A DNA stretch of 24,314 nucleotides from a virus. Lineage: Duplodnaviria; Caudoviricetes. The DNA is taken from positions 1 through 24,314 of the IMG/VR virus record IMGVR_UViG_3300017774_002658; one strand, given 5' to 3'. A program made the translations under genes and the position numbers. The notes beneath the pieces were generated by a model that made no database searches, was not told where the DNA came from, and saw only the letters and a list, made by a program, of their open reading frames with translations. Shown one piece after another: positions 1-8,250 of the stretch. Every line of letters starts with the position of its first letter. The first letter of the stretch is position 1.

Positions 1-1
1 A

Positions 2-103
2 CAAAAAGGTGGTAACTTTATTGGGTTTGTTGAAAATGGGACTCGTGGTGGATTTGTTATTTATACCACAACATCGAATAAACCTAAATGTATTAACTAT
101 TAA
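2..103 (+). CDS. 3' end of a gene entering from the left (hypothetical)
   Basis: Frame 2 is open from the window edge (QKGGNFIGFVENGTRGGFVIYTTTSNKPKCINY) to TAA at 101-103, directly before the next ATG at 105. Confidence 0.6.
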   Translation, partial: QKGGNFIGFVENGTRGGFVIYTTTSNKPKCINY

Positions 104-104
104 A

Positions 105-476
105 ATGAAAATAATAATTACAGAATCACAGTACGACAAACTATTCAACAATTTGGATGATAGTTTTTATGGTTCAGTTGAGGAGACCAACTTTGTTGTT
201 GGTGACTTATTGACTGAGGCGGAATATCAGGGAAGAAAAGTTCAACTTGGTAAAATAATGCAAGGTGACGTTAAGAAATTTAAAGTTTACGTTAAGAACG
301 ACAAAGGAAAAGTTGTTAAGGTAAATTTTGGATTTGGTGGAAAATCTGCCAAAGGAAAAAGAATGGTAATCAAAAAGAATAATCCGGAAAGAAGAAAATC
401 ATTCAGAGCAAGAATGAATTGTGATAATCCTGGACCACGCTGGAAAAGTCGCTACTGGGCGTGCCGTTCGTGGTAG
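105..476 (+). CDS. Conserved phage protein with MKIIITE leader and basic C-terminal domain
   Basis: Start moved from 9 to ATG 105. The C-terminal AEYQGRKV...KFKVYVKN...KVNFG...RRKSFRARMNC...RYWAC..W resembles a conserved hypothetical of T4-like aquatic phages (recognition only). Confidence 0.75.
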   Translation: MKIIITESQYDKLFNNLDDSFYGSVEETNFVVGDLLTEAEYQGRKVQLGKIMQGDVKKFKVYVKNDKGKVVKVNFGFGGKSAKGKRMVIKKNNPERRKSFRARMNCDNPGPRWKSRYWACRSW

Positions 477-482
477 TTAAAA

Positions 483-1370
483 CTATATTACCCAATTCTT
501 ATGTGATTTAAATTGTCCTTTAATCATTCTTAAAAAAGATGAGTAGTCATAATTCTCTGTCGTACAGAAAGAATAAACCTCATCTTTTTTTAATATTTTT
601 GTTTCTTGGGTAATTCTGTTATAAATTTTATATTCTTTGATATAAAATTCATCTAATTTTGAAACTATTTTTAATATTGTTTCATCAGTTTCTCCATTAT
701 CAATAAAACAATAATATCCGTTATATCTTTTTCTATTTTTACCTTGACTTAATATTTTACTCATTCTTGATATATCACCCGTGTCCATCCCTAAATTATT
801 AAAATACTCCTCTTTACCTGTAATTCGTGTGATATTATTATTTTTATCAATAACAATCCATTTTTTAGAGGTGCTTTTATTAAATTCTAATATTCTTTCT
901 TTATTTTTTTTCCAAATTTTTTCTTTGTGTTCCTGAGTAAATTTTTTACCTCTAAACCACCCAATAAAAGATTTTTCCATTTTTATTTTATATTCTTCAC
1001 TATTTTTGGTTTCTTGCCATTTTTCGGAATTTTTTAATCCTTCTGAGATTATTCTACTCAACTCCTTCGTTGTTTTCATTTTTTTACCTTGACCCCCACC
1101 AGTAACATTATATCCATTTGGGGATACTGAATTATAAAAATTAATCCAATAAACCTCTTTATCATTTAATTCGTCTAAATTATTTGCAGAATCTATCGTT
1201 TCAAAGGTGAAATTATCCTCACCATATTCGTTTATTGATAACATAAAAGGTCTATTAGAATCTATTTTAGATTCTTTTATATGTCCTTTAATTCTTTGTT
1301 CTAAATTTTTAGTTGTCTGTCCAATATATATTTTTCCGGTAATCTTGTTTGTTGATTTGTAAATTATCAT
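483..1370 (-). CDS. Free-standing GIY-YIG homing endonuclease
   Basis: N-terminal IIYKSTNKITGKIYIGQT...R...H, then E..WI..YNS..PNGYN, followed by a NUMOD3-like GKKFTQEHKEKI segment. Confidence 0.9.
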   Translation of the reverse strand: MIIYKSTNKITGKIYIGQTTKNLEQRIKGHIKESKIDSNRPFMLSINEYGEDNFTFETIDSANNLDELNDKEVYWINFYNSVSPNGYNVTGGGQGKKMKTTKELSRIISEGLKNSEKWQETKNSEEYKIKMEKSFIGWFRGKKFTQEHKEKIWKKNKERILEFNKSTSKKWIVIDKNNNITRITGKEEYFNNLGMDTGDISRMSKILSQGKNRKRYNGYYCFIDNGETDETILKIVSKLDEFYIKEYKIYNRITQETKILKKDEVYSFCTTENYDYSSFLRMIKGQFKSHKNWVI

Positions 1371-1383
1371 AATAGTCCTTTAT

Positions 1384-1391
1384 TATAAATA
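1384..1391 (-). promoter_or_regulatory. TATTTATA box (putative phage late promoter) upstream of the GIY-YIG gene
   Basis: tataaata on the + strand, 13 nt before the start; the same motif recurs before many genes. Confidence 0.6.
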
Positions 1392-1459
1392 TCACGAAAT
1401 TTGTTATTGGACTTGTAAAATATGGTAAAATTAAATTATTTTTCATTATATTTATGTTT

Positions 1460-1855
1460 ATGGATATAGAAGATGATATAGTTCCCAAAATGATTACCAA
1501 GTATATGAATACTTTTGGTAATAAAAAAATAAATGAAATGACTTGTTCAGATACGAAGTATAACTTCAGTGTTCATATTGTTAATTTATTTAAAGGTGAG
1601 GAGCGTTGGGATTTTGAAGATAGTTGGAGAAGTAGTTACGATTATGTAGTTGTAATTAATTCCGAGTTTCCGGTTCCGTGGAACGTGTGTGACAAATACA
1701 AAGAAAAATATTTTAAGGATGAAAGAGCATTGAAATACCCATTATCTTGGGCGTTTAAACCTGAAATGGAAGATGATTTGAAATATATGGGTATTGATTT
1801 AACCTCCGTTACCTTTGGTAAGGCGGGATTATATTTTAAAAATCAACGACATTGA
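1460..1855 (+). CDS. Hypothetical protein
   Basis: ORF; TATTTAT at 1448-1454 favours ATG 1460 over 1454. Confidence 0.7.
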   Translation: MDIEDDIVPKMITKYMNTFGNKKINEMTCSDTKYNFSVHIVNLFKGEERWDFEDSWRSSYDYVVVINSEFPVPWNVCDKYKEKYFKDERALKYPLSWAFKPEMEDDLKYMGIDLTSVTFGKAGLYFKNQRH

Positions 1856-1877
1856 TATTTATTATTAAATCATTATT

Positions 1878-1994
1878 ATGTCAAAATCAAGAAAACCGGG
1901 GAGACCTAAAAAAAACAGAGTAAATGTTGTTAAGAGATTAAAGTTAATGAATAAAAACAACGAAATCATCAGAAGATTAAAATCTGAAGTGTAA
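1878..1994 (+). CDS. 38-aa basic microprotein with an AT-hook-like motif (missing from the ORF track)
   Basis: MSKSRKPGRPKKNRVNVVKRLKLMNKNNEIIRRLKSEV*; TATTTATT at 1856-1863 upstream and a terminator directly downstream. Confidence 0.7.
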   Translation: MSKSRKPGRPKKNRVNVVKRLKLMNKNNEIIRRLKSEV

Positions 1995-1999
1995 AAATT

Positions 2000-2030
2000 A
2001 ACCCCACTTTAATCGGTGGGGTTTTTTGTT
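2000..2030. terminator. Intrinsic terminator between convergent genes
   Basis: aaccccac-N8-gtggggtt followed by a T tract. Confidence 0.75.
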
Positions 2031-3103
2031 TTTATACCTTCAGTAACAACTTCACCTATTTTATCCATAGGACTATAACCGGATGGTTTAGTTTCTTTCA
2101 CACCATTCTTGATTACACCATCAATTCGTCCTTTGTGGTGATATACATCATCGTGGGTTTCTTTAACACCATTCTTAATCACTCCATCTATTCGTCCTTT
2201 GTGGTGATACACATCTTCATAGGTTTCTTTAACACCATTATCTATAATCTTATCAATTATGTTTTCACCAACATATTGACGTGGGGTGGAACTTCTTACA
2301 CCATCTCTAACGACAAGATGTGATTCTAAAATAAGTTCTCTACCGCTAGTATCTAAAACCAGATGTGCATTCTTTTTTTGTTTTGTTTCCTTCACACCAT
2401 TTTTAAGGGTGTCTTTAATACCTATTGAACGTGAACTCTCAGATAAATAGATATGTTTCACACCATTTTCAATTGTATCATTAATTGACCAATCTGTTTT
2501 CATATAAGCCATCTTAGTATTCTTAACCCCATTTTGAATGGTATCTTCAATGACGGAAATATCACGACCAAGCCAGTTATCAGTGCGTTTCACCCCATCT
2601 TGAATTACACTATCAACATTAAGATATGCACCTCTTAATGTTTCATTCACACCCTTTTCAATAGTGTCATTAACTGATACGGTTCTTTTGTCACCCCAAT
2701 AATCGGTGTTCATCACACCCTTTTCAAGAACATCATCAATGTCTCCGGTATAATCACGAGATTCTAATGATGATGTCATTTTTATACCATTTTCAAGGGT
2801 ATCCTCAAATTGTTGTTTTCTATCCCGGGCATCTCTAAAGTGTGTAACATAAGTTAATTTTTTATTTATAATATTATCTTCCACCCATTTTGTGATGAGG
2901 TGTTGATTCTGAACGCAATCCAATGAAGCATAAGCAAAAACACTTTTGAAGAAGTTATAATTATACCACAGAGTTTTATTCTCAGTTAATTCAATCACCC
3001 ATTGTTTGGTCTCAGTAAAGATTAGCCAAGTAGATTCATTGTGGGTATAGGTATCCACTCCTTCGGTAAATTCGTTGATTAGTTTATGTATAATTTTTTC
3101 CAT
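2009..3103 (-). CDS. Repeat protein with about 12 units of ~22 aa, each ending in a (D/E)x(I/L/V)xxG(V/I)K anchor
   Basis: Anchors EDTLENGIK, DDVLEKGVM, NDTIEKGVN, DSVIQDGVK, EDTIQNGVK, NDTIENGVK, KDTLKNGVK, HLVVRDGVR, DKIIDNGVK, DGVIKNGVK (twice), GEVVTEGIK. Confidence 0.85.
   Translation of the reverse strand: MEKIIHKLINEFTEGVDTYTHNESTWLIFTETKQWVIELTENKTLWYNYNFFKSVFAYASLDCVQNQHLITKWVEDNIINKKLTYVTHFRDARDRKQQFEDTLENGIKMTSSLESRDYTGDIDDVLEKGVMNTDYWGDKRTVSVNDTIEKGVNETLRGAYLNVDSVIQDGVKRTDNWLGRDISVIEDTIQNGVKNTKMAYMKTDWSINDTIENGVKHIYLSESSRSIGIKDTLKNGVKETKQKKNAHLVLDTSGRELILESHLVVRDGVRSSTPRQYVGENIIDKIIDNGVKETYEDVYHHKGRIDGVIKNGVKETHDDVYHHKGRIDGVIKNGVKETKPSGYSPMDKIGEVVTEGIKTKNPTD
2091..2239. repeat. 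66-bp tandem duplication within the repeat protein
   Basis: 2091-2156 and 2157-2222 encode ET(H/Y)(D/E)DVYHHKGRIDGVIKNGVK with mostly synonymous differences; a partial third unit runs to 2239. Confidence 0.85.
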
Positions 3104-3107
3104 ACAG

Positions 3108-3115
3108 CAAAGATA
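3108..3115 (-). promoter_or_regulatory. Bacteroidetes-type -7 box TATCTTTG
   Basis: Matches TAnnTTTG and lies 4 nt before the ATG at 3103. Confidence 0.7.
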
Positions 3116-3159
3116 TAAAAATGGTTTCTTATTATCAATTTATTCTTTATATTTTTATA

Positions 3160-3456
3160 ATGAAAAAGTTGATTATAATTAGAAAAGTATTTAAGGAATT
3201 ATATCCGGAGTTGAAGGTGATTGTTCGGTATAACCAAAAAAAATATTTTGAAATCATCCTTAAAAATGTTAAAGGGGCTTATGTTGATGATAATTCATTT
3301 AAATATATGCTCACCATCCCGGGTTGTGAAAATATTGTGATTGAAGATTTTGTTAATTCTTTATTTGGATATTGTTCAATCCTTAATGAAGATAATTGTG
3401 TGATAAAGTATTTGGATAAAAAAGGTTCCCGAACAATCACTAAAATATTATCTTGA
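3160..3456 (+). CDS. Hypothetical protein
   Basis: ORF; likely start MKKLIII at 3160. Confidence 0.6.
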   Translation: MKKLIIIRKVFKELYPELKVIVRYNQKKYFEIILKNVKGAYVDDNSFKYMLTIPGCENIVIEDFVNSLFGYCSILNEDNCVIKYLDKKGSRTITKILS

Positions 3457-3467
3457 TATTTATAGAT

Positions 3468-3857
3468 ATGAAAATAATAATAACTGAGAGTAAATTAAAT
3501 CAAGCGGTGATTGACTACCTGAACGAAACATACGACACCAATAACATTGGTTGGACACCGGGTATTGATGATTGGGGTAATGAAGTTGATTATGCGATAT
3601 CATTTTATCAGGGAGATTATGATGAAGATGATACTTTATTCAGATGGTATTCAGAAGATTATTGGACTAGTGAAGAGGATTATTTATGGACTGACGAACA
3701 TATTAAAGAAATGAAAGATAAATCACCTTTGTTAATGTTTGAAGATGATGATGTTTATAATACATTAAATGGTTATTTTGGTGATAAATGGAAACAACCA
3801 TTCATTGATTGGTTTTGGGATAAATTTCACGTCCCGGTTAAGACAATAGATATTTAG
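3468..3857 (+). CDS. Acidic protein with MKIIITE leader
   Basis: ATG 3468 follows TATTTATA at 3457-3464; rich in D, E, W and Y. Confidence 0.8.
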   Translation: MKIIITESKLNQAVIDYLNETYDTNNIGWTPGIDDWGNEVDYAISFYQGDYDEDDTLFRWYSEDYWTSEEDYLWTDEHIKEMKDKSPLLMFEDDDVYNTLNGYFGDKWKQPFIDWFWDKFHVPVKTIDI

Positions 3858-3933
3858 TGGAAAATAATTGATAAAACACTCCTTTTAGTGGAAAATAAAA
3901 CCCTTTTATGGGTTTTTTTTGGTTTATAATGGA

Positions 3934-3967
3934 AAACCCCCAAGATTAACATGGGGGTTTCTTTTTT
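3934..3967. terminator. Bidirectional intrinsic terminator
   Basis: aaaccccca-N9-tgggggttt with a T tract, between convergent genes; a second weaker hairpin lies at 3898-3920. Confidence 0.75.
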
Positions 3968-3974
3968 AATAACA

Positions 3975-4307
3975 TTATGGTTTAAATTTTTCACCATTAA
4001 TTTTCACCCATTTTAAATCACCATCTAAGATTAATACATCACTATGTGATGGAATATCGTTAGTGTTTTCCTCGGTATGTTTATCGTCATAATCATCACC
4101 TATGGCGGGAATAACTTTTACAAAATCCGAACCTTCTTCGGTAATTGTTATTTTCCATTCACCATTATATAAAATGGTTCCTTTGGTTCCATCAGATGTT
4201 TTAATCTTGATTGGTTTTCTTTCGGAGGAGTAAGCATCAACCTCATCAATAATTTGTCCGTCAATTTCTATTAAATCATCGGACGCTCCATAAATTCTTG
4301 TAAACAT
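3975..4307 (-). CDS. Hypothetical phage protein (IYGASDDLIE motif)
   Basis: ORF tightly coupled to clpP. Confidence 0.75.
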   Translation of the reverse strand: MFTRIYGASDDLIEIDGQIIDEVDAYSSERKPIKIKTSDGTKGTILYNGEWKITITEEGSDFVKVIPAIGDDYDDKHTEENTNDIPSHSDVLILDGDLKWVKINGEKFKP

Positions 4308-4308
4308 A

Positions 4309-5043
4309 TTATCGTTTTAAAATTTCTTTTGAATAGAAGTCATCAAACCCAACCATCATTTCTGTTATAGATTTGTTTGTCTCTAACCCAACAATGTTAT
4401 CAATTAAACCAAACTCTTTCGCCTCATCTGAGTTGAACCATTTGTCATTTCTTGATGACTCATACATCTCGTCAAATGTTTTCCCACAATTCTCCGCTAA
4501 GATTTTGAATAACATATAGTTATATTTCTCAGCCTCCAATTGGTTAATGCGAGTATCCTGAACATTTCCTTGTGTTCCGTGAGACACCATATGTGTCATA
4601 ATTTTTGAGAAGATTAATGAACTTCTTTTTCCTTTGGCTCCTGACGATACCAATACGGAACCCATTGATGCACACATCCCAACATTTAATGTTGCAACAT
4701 CCGGTTTGATGTAGTTCATTGTGTCTCTAATTCCAAGTCCGGACAATACTGAACCTCCCGGGGTTTCAAGATACATACTAATATCCTTTTTATCTGTCGT
4801 TTCCAAGAAGATAAGTTGAGCTTGGATGATAGATGCCATCTGACTCTCAACCGGTCCGGAAACCCAAATAATTCTATCCATCATAAGTCGGGAAAAAATA
4901 TCAAGTTGAGTTGCTCTCATCTCTCGTTCTTCCAAAATATATGGTGTAACACTTTCAATGTGTTTTTGGTAGTAATCCAAGTTAAGACCTGTGATACCTC
5001 TGTCGCTCATTGCGAATTTTTGAAACTCTTTTCCGTAATTCAT
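4309..5043 (-). CDS. clpP: ATP-dependent Clp protease proteolytic subunit
   Basis: DIFSRLMMDRII, TPGGSV, catalytic Ser in GMCASMGS, His in IMTH, Asp in RND, EAKEFGLID; Bacteroidetes-style N-terminal extension (MNYGKEF). Confidence 0.95.
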   Translation of the reverse strand: MNYGKEFQKFAMSDRGITGLNLDYYQKHIESVTPYILEEREMRATQLDIFSRLMMDRIIWVSGPVESQMASIIQAQLIFLETTDKKDISMYLETPGGSVLSGLGIRDTMNYIKPDVATLNVGMCASMGSVLVSSGAKGKRSSLIFSKIMTHMVSHGTQGNVQDTRINQLEAEKYNYMLFKILAENCGKTFDEMYESSRNDKWFNSDEAKEFGLIDNIVGLETNKSITEMMVGFDDFYSKEILKR

Positions 5044-5267
5044 TATGCGGTTTTTTTGGTTGAAACTAATGTTAATGATTTCTCTACAGCAGTTTCTTTA
5101 GATTTTAATCCTTTCGTAACAATTTTACCATTTTTGTAAATTTGATAATCAAAAGTCATTGAATATCCGTGTTTTTTTGTTGTATCAGGTTTTTTTGTTG
5201 CCAACACATAAATGTCGTGGTTGTTAACCTTAACAACATACTTACCTTTTGAACTTGTTTTTCCCAT
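5043..5267 (-). CDS. Small basic hypothetical protein
   Basis: Likely start MGKTSSKGKY at 5267; TATCTTTG box at 5295-5302 on the minus strand. Confidence 0.7.
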   Translation of the reverse strand: MGKTSSKGKYVVKVNNHDIYVLATKKPDTTKKHGYSMTFDYQIYKNGKIVTKGLKSKETAVEKSLTLVSTKKTA

Positions 5268-5363
5268 TTTTAAATGTTTTAGATTATTATTGGACAAAGA
5301 TATGTAAAAAATCTCATTACAACAACTTTTTATTAAAAATATTTTTATTATACTTGTGGTGTT

Positions 5364-5597
5364 ATGGAGCAGAAAAGATTTGAAAAAATATTAAATAGTT
5401 TATATCCCAATCTGAAAGTTACAAGTTATCAATTATGGGACAGATTTACCGTTGACGATAATGGTGAATTTACAGAAGCTCAATCTCCGGGAATATTTGT
5501 TGAGGTTGAGGGTAAATTTGAAAGTTCCGGTGTTAGCATTAGTGAAGATATTACTCGTATGACGGGTATTGAAGTTGTTGTAGATAAATTTGAATAA
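5364..5597 (+). CDS. Hypothetical protein
   Basis: ORF that opens the long + strand gene run. Confidence 0.7.
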   Translation: MEQKRFEKILNSLYPNLKVTSYQLWDRFTVDDNGEFTEAQSPGIFVEVEGKFESSGVSISEDITRMTGIEVVVDKFE

Positions 5598-5623
5598 AAA
5601 TTTTGCAATATAAATAAAAGTTA

Positions 5624-5631
5624 TATCTTTG
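5624..5631 (+). promoter_or_regulatory. Bacteroidetes-type -7 box TATCTTTG with upstream TTTG
   Basis: ttttgc at about 5601-5606 and tatctttg at 5624-5631, before the gene at 5651. Confidence 0.75.
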
Positions 5632-5650
5632 CAGAATAAAATTAAAAAAT

Positions 5651-5854
5651 ATGGGTAACACAAAAATAACGATTGAGCTTACAGATAAGCAACAAAAAAT
5701 GTATGACGAGTGGATGTCACACATTAAGGGATTATATGGTAAATACGGAAAAATGACTTGGTCTGTTTCCGATTGTGGTATTGGACAAACAATATCTGTC
5801 TACAGTGAATTAGCTCAAGTAGATTTAGATTTAACGGATGTTGAGTCATGGTAA
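5651..5854 (+). CDS. Hypothetical phage protein
   Basis: ORF with an A-rich leader, ending LDLTDVESW. Confidence 0.75.
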   Translation: MGNTKITIELTDKQQKMYDEWMSHIKGLYGKYGKMTWSVSDCGIGQTISVYSELAQVDLDLTDVESW

Positions 5855-6174
5855 AACAGGAGAGAATATTATGTGCTGCAATTTGGTATAAAGATATACC
5901 TTTGCAAAAAGTAATTGATGGTGTCCTCCCAAAGAATTGTGATAGAGGGTTGGTAGTGTTAGGTCATAGACATGGGCAATGTATGTGGACGATGAGTAGT
6001 TTAACCGGATTACGAACTTGCACATTTGGTGAGGATTGTTCCGGAGAACACGAACAAGGATTTTTAACCAACACAAATAGATTTGTGGGTAGAGAAGAAG
6101 GTGGTCAAATAGCTTTTGATGCCGGTCAAACAGAGGATTTAAGAACAACATTATATTCAGAAGATTTATATTAA
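5848..6174 (+). CDS. Conserved phage hypothetical protein
   Basis: ILCAAIW...GHRH...EQGFLT...RFV.REE...LYSEDLY pattern. Confidence 0.8.
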   Translation: MVKQERILCAAIWYKDIPLQKVIDGVLPKNCDRGLVVLGHRHGQCMWTMSSLTGLRTCTFGEDCSGEHEQGFLTNTNRFVGREEGGQIAFDAGQTEDLRTTLYSEDLY

Positions 6175-6178
6175 GATT

Positions 6179-6397
6179 ATGTGTAAAAAATCTTGTAAAG
6201 AATGTCCTTGGACGGTTAGAAATCATTTTAATGATATGATTATCGAACATTCAATGAAACACGACAAGTCCCACAATTGTCATATGATACCTCCGGATAA
6301 AAGAGGTGGTCTGTGGGATACAAAAGAAGAAACAAAATGTATTGGTAGAAAACAATTTGAAAAACAAAAAGAATATGAAAGCAACATTATCGTATAA
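6179..6397 (+). CDS. Small Cys/His-rich protein, possibly metal-binding
   Basis: CKECPW...HNCH...CIG. Confidence 0.7.
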   Translation: MCKKSCKECPWTVRNHFNDMIIEHSMKHDKSHNCHMIPPDKRGGLWDTKEETKCIGRKQFEKQKEYESNIIV

Positions 6398-6623
6398 CTT
6401 AAACGACCCGGATGATAGAATGGCTCACCTGAGAGCTGTCAAATCTTTGGATATGGCATCAGCCTTATTTGAAATAACAAGAAACCTAAAAAAACAAGTT
6501 GAAAGAAAATTTGAAAATGATGATAAAGAATATGACGAATTTGATGGTATCCAAGAGGTATTTGAAAGAATTTACGAAATATTGGGAGACAACAACATAG
6601 ATATTGATGAATTAATAAATTAA
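6375..6623 (+). CDS. Hypothetical phage protein
   Basis: Likely start MKATLSYNL at 6375. Confidence 0.75.
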   Translation: MKATLSYNLNDPDDRMAHLRAVKSLDMASALFEITRNLKKQVERKFENDDKEYDEFDGIQEVFERIYEILGDNNIDIDELIN

Positions 6624-6627
6624 TAAA

Positions 6628-6831
6628 ATGGAAAAAGTAGAATTAGAATTTGTGTACTTTATGAGTGGTGGCTCCGGGTCGTTTAGTACAAATTTATTTA
6701 ACACTATTTTCAGTTCAGATACTGAAAATTTGAAAAAACTATCGTTGGGATTTCCCAATGAGGTTGAGGTGGTTAATCGGTACCGAAACGAAGAAGGTTA
6801 TTGGCAAAAATTACAAGAAAAATTAGGATAA
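6628..6831 (+). CDS. Hypothetical phage protein
   Basis: GSFSTNLF...D.ENL.KL..GFP pattern; tightly packed with neighbours. Confidence 0.75.
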   Translation: MEKVELEFVYFMSGGSGSFSTNLFNTIFSSDTENLKKLSLGFPNEVEVVNRYRNEEGYWQKLQEKLG

Positions 6832-6832
6832 G

Positions 6833-7219
6833 ATGGAAAAAAATACACGAATAGCGGTAATTGCTCACGACGGGAAAAAGGCAGATATGGTTGCCTTTAT
6901 TATGAAGAGATTAGATTTCTTTAGAAATGTTGACGTTATGGCGACAGGTACAACTGGAAAACATATTGAACACGCAGGGCTTGATGTAAATTGTCTTAAA
7001 TCAGGTCCTTTAGGTGGTGATGCTCAAATTGCTTCGTTAATATCTGATGGTGGAATAGATGCTGTTGTATTTTTTATTGACCCACTAGGTCTTCATCCCC
7101 ATCAGGTAGATGTGAATATGTTATTACGAATTTGTAATGTTTATAATATACCATTGGCAACAAATTATTCCACCGCATCTTTAGTAATAAGTGGACTTAA
7201 AAAAAAATTAAAACTGTAA
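6833..7219 (+). CDS. mgsA: Methylglyoxal synthase
   Basis: IAHDGKKADM, ATGTTG, SGPLGGDAQI, FFIDPL..HPHQVDV..LLR.C...NIPLATN. Confidence 0.95.
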   Translation: MEKNTRIAVIAHDGKKADMVAFIMKRLDFFRNVDVMATGTTGKHIEHAGLDVNCLKSGPLGGDAQIASLISDGGIDAVVFFIDPLGLHPHQVDVNMLLRICNVYNIPLATNYSTASLVISGLKKKLKL

Positions 7220-7234
7220 CATTAAATTAAAACT

Positions 7235-7672
7235 ATGAAAAAAATACTATTAATGTTCCTATTTGGAACGATGACGATGTTCTCACAAACAATTAAAGTG
7301 AGAGGGGTAACATTATCTTATGATAAGGTTAAGAAAATTATGACATTAACAACCACACCTAAAATTATGTACACCAATGATATTGATATGGATGTGAGGA
7401 TTGAGTTACATAAAGAATACGCTCTTCATATGACAATAAACGGTGTCAATTATTCTATGAATAATTCTTATTTTGAACATAAAGGACATACACGAGATAT
7501 GGGTTGGTGTTTTATTACATATAAACCTGGTGGATGTAAGGAGATTAAAAATAACTATGTTTTTCAGTTTACAAATGTTCATCCCGGTGAAGAATATATT
7601 TTGACCGTGAGTAATGTGTGTGATGACAAATATGTGACCAACAAACAAACAATGTCAATTCAAATTAATTAA
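7235..7672 (+). CDS. Exported hypothetical protein
   Basis: Signal-peptide-like MKKILLMFLFGTMTMFSQ. Confidence 0.7.
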   Translation: MKKILLMFLFGTMTMFSQTIKVRGVTLSYDKVKKIMTLTTTPKIMYTNDIDMDVRIELHKEYALHMTINGVNYSMNNSYFEHKGHTRDMGWCFITYKPGGCKEIKNNYVFQFTNVHPGEEYILTVSNVCDDKYVTNKQTMSIQIN

Positions 7673-7673
7673 A

Positions 7674-8249
7674 ATGGATAAATCAATCTACGAATACATA
7701 AAAAACGGAATAACTATTAATGGTAATCCAATTGATGGATATACTGTTTTTACAATACCGACCCAACATTTCAAAATAGATAATTTGGGTGAATTAACGG
7801 CTTGGACTTTTGAAAATGAGATTAGAAAACAGAAAGAACACGATGAATTAACTTCTGAGATATTCAAAGAAGTTCAAAAAGAAATTGACCAAGAGATTCT
7901 AAATCAATTAAGAGGTGTAGAACCAAATCCGGATTTCATCCCGTGGAAGGATTATATTGATGGAAAATATAATACACCATTAGATGATTTATTCAATAAA
8001 TTTATGGAAACCTCAGAAGGTGACCCCGATTTAATTTGGGACAAATGGCAATTCATTGATAAATTATTGTTTGACGATGACTTCTACCAAAAGTGGGGTG
8101 AAGATTGTTGTGAAGAATTGACTTACGAAGAAAGATATAAAATATGGTTTAGTAAAAACTATGAGACAGGATTTGAATATACACCGACTATTGAACCCGA
8201 TTTTGATAATGATTATTTTGAACCAACACCAAAAAGAAAATTAAAATAA
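7674..8249 (+). CDS. Hypothetical protein whose C-terminal half resembles the ThyA insertion modules
   Basis: QFIDKLLFDDDFYQKWGE and EELTYEERY...PTPKR. Confidence 0.75.
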   Translation: MDKSIYEYIKNGITINGNPIDGYTVFTIPTQHFKIDNLGELTAWTFENEIRKQKEHDELTSEIFKEVQKEIDQEILNQLRGVEPNPDFIPWKDYIDGKYNTPLDDLFNKFMETSEGDPDLIWDKWQFIDKLLFDDDFYQKWGEDCCEELTYEERYKIWFSKNYETGFEYTPTIEPDFDNDYFEPTPKRKLK

Positions 8250-8250
8250 A

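Noticed and set aside
483-1370. Endonuclease inside a group I intron
   Set aside because: The flanking genes appear complete, the ORF has its own promoter box, and there is no room for an intron core.
1374-1413. I-TevI-like hairpin (agtcc/ggact) masking the AGGA upstream of the endonuclease
   Set aside because: Only about 5 bp of pairing, too weak to support.
2091-2239. Possible CRISPR array or DGR template/variable repeat pair
   Set aside because: The units are in-frame coding repeats with mostly synonymous differences that are not confined to adenines. No cas or reverse transcriptase gene is in the window.
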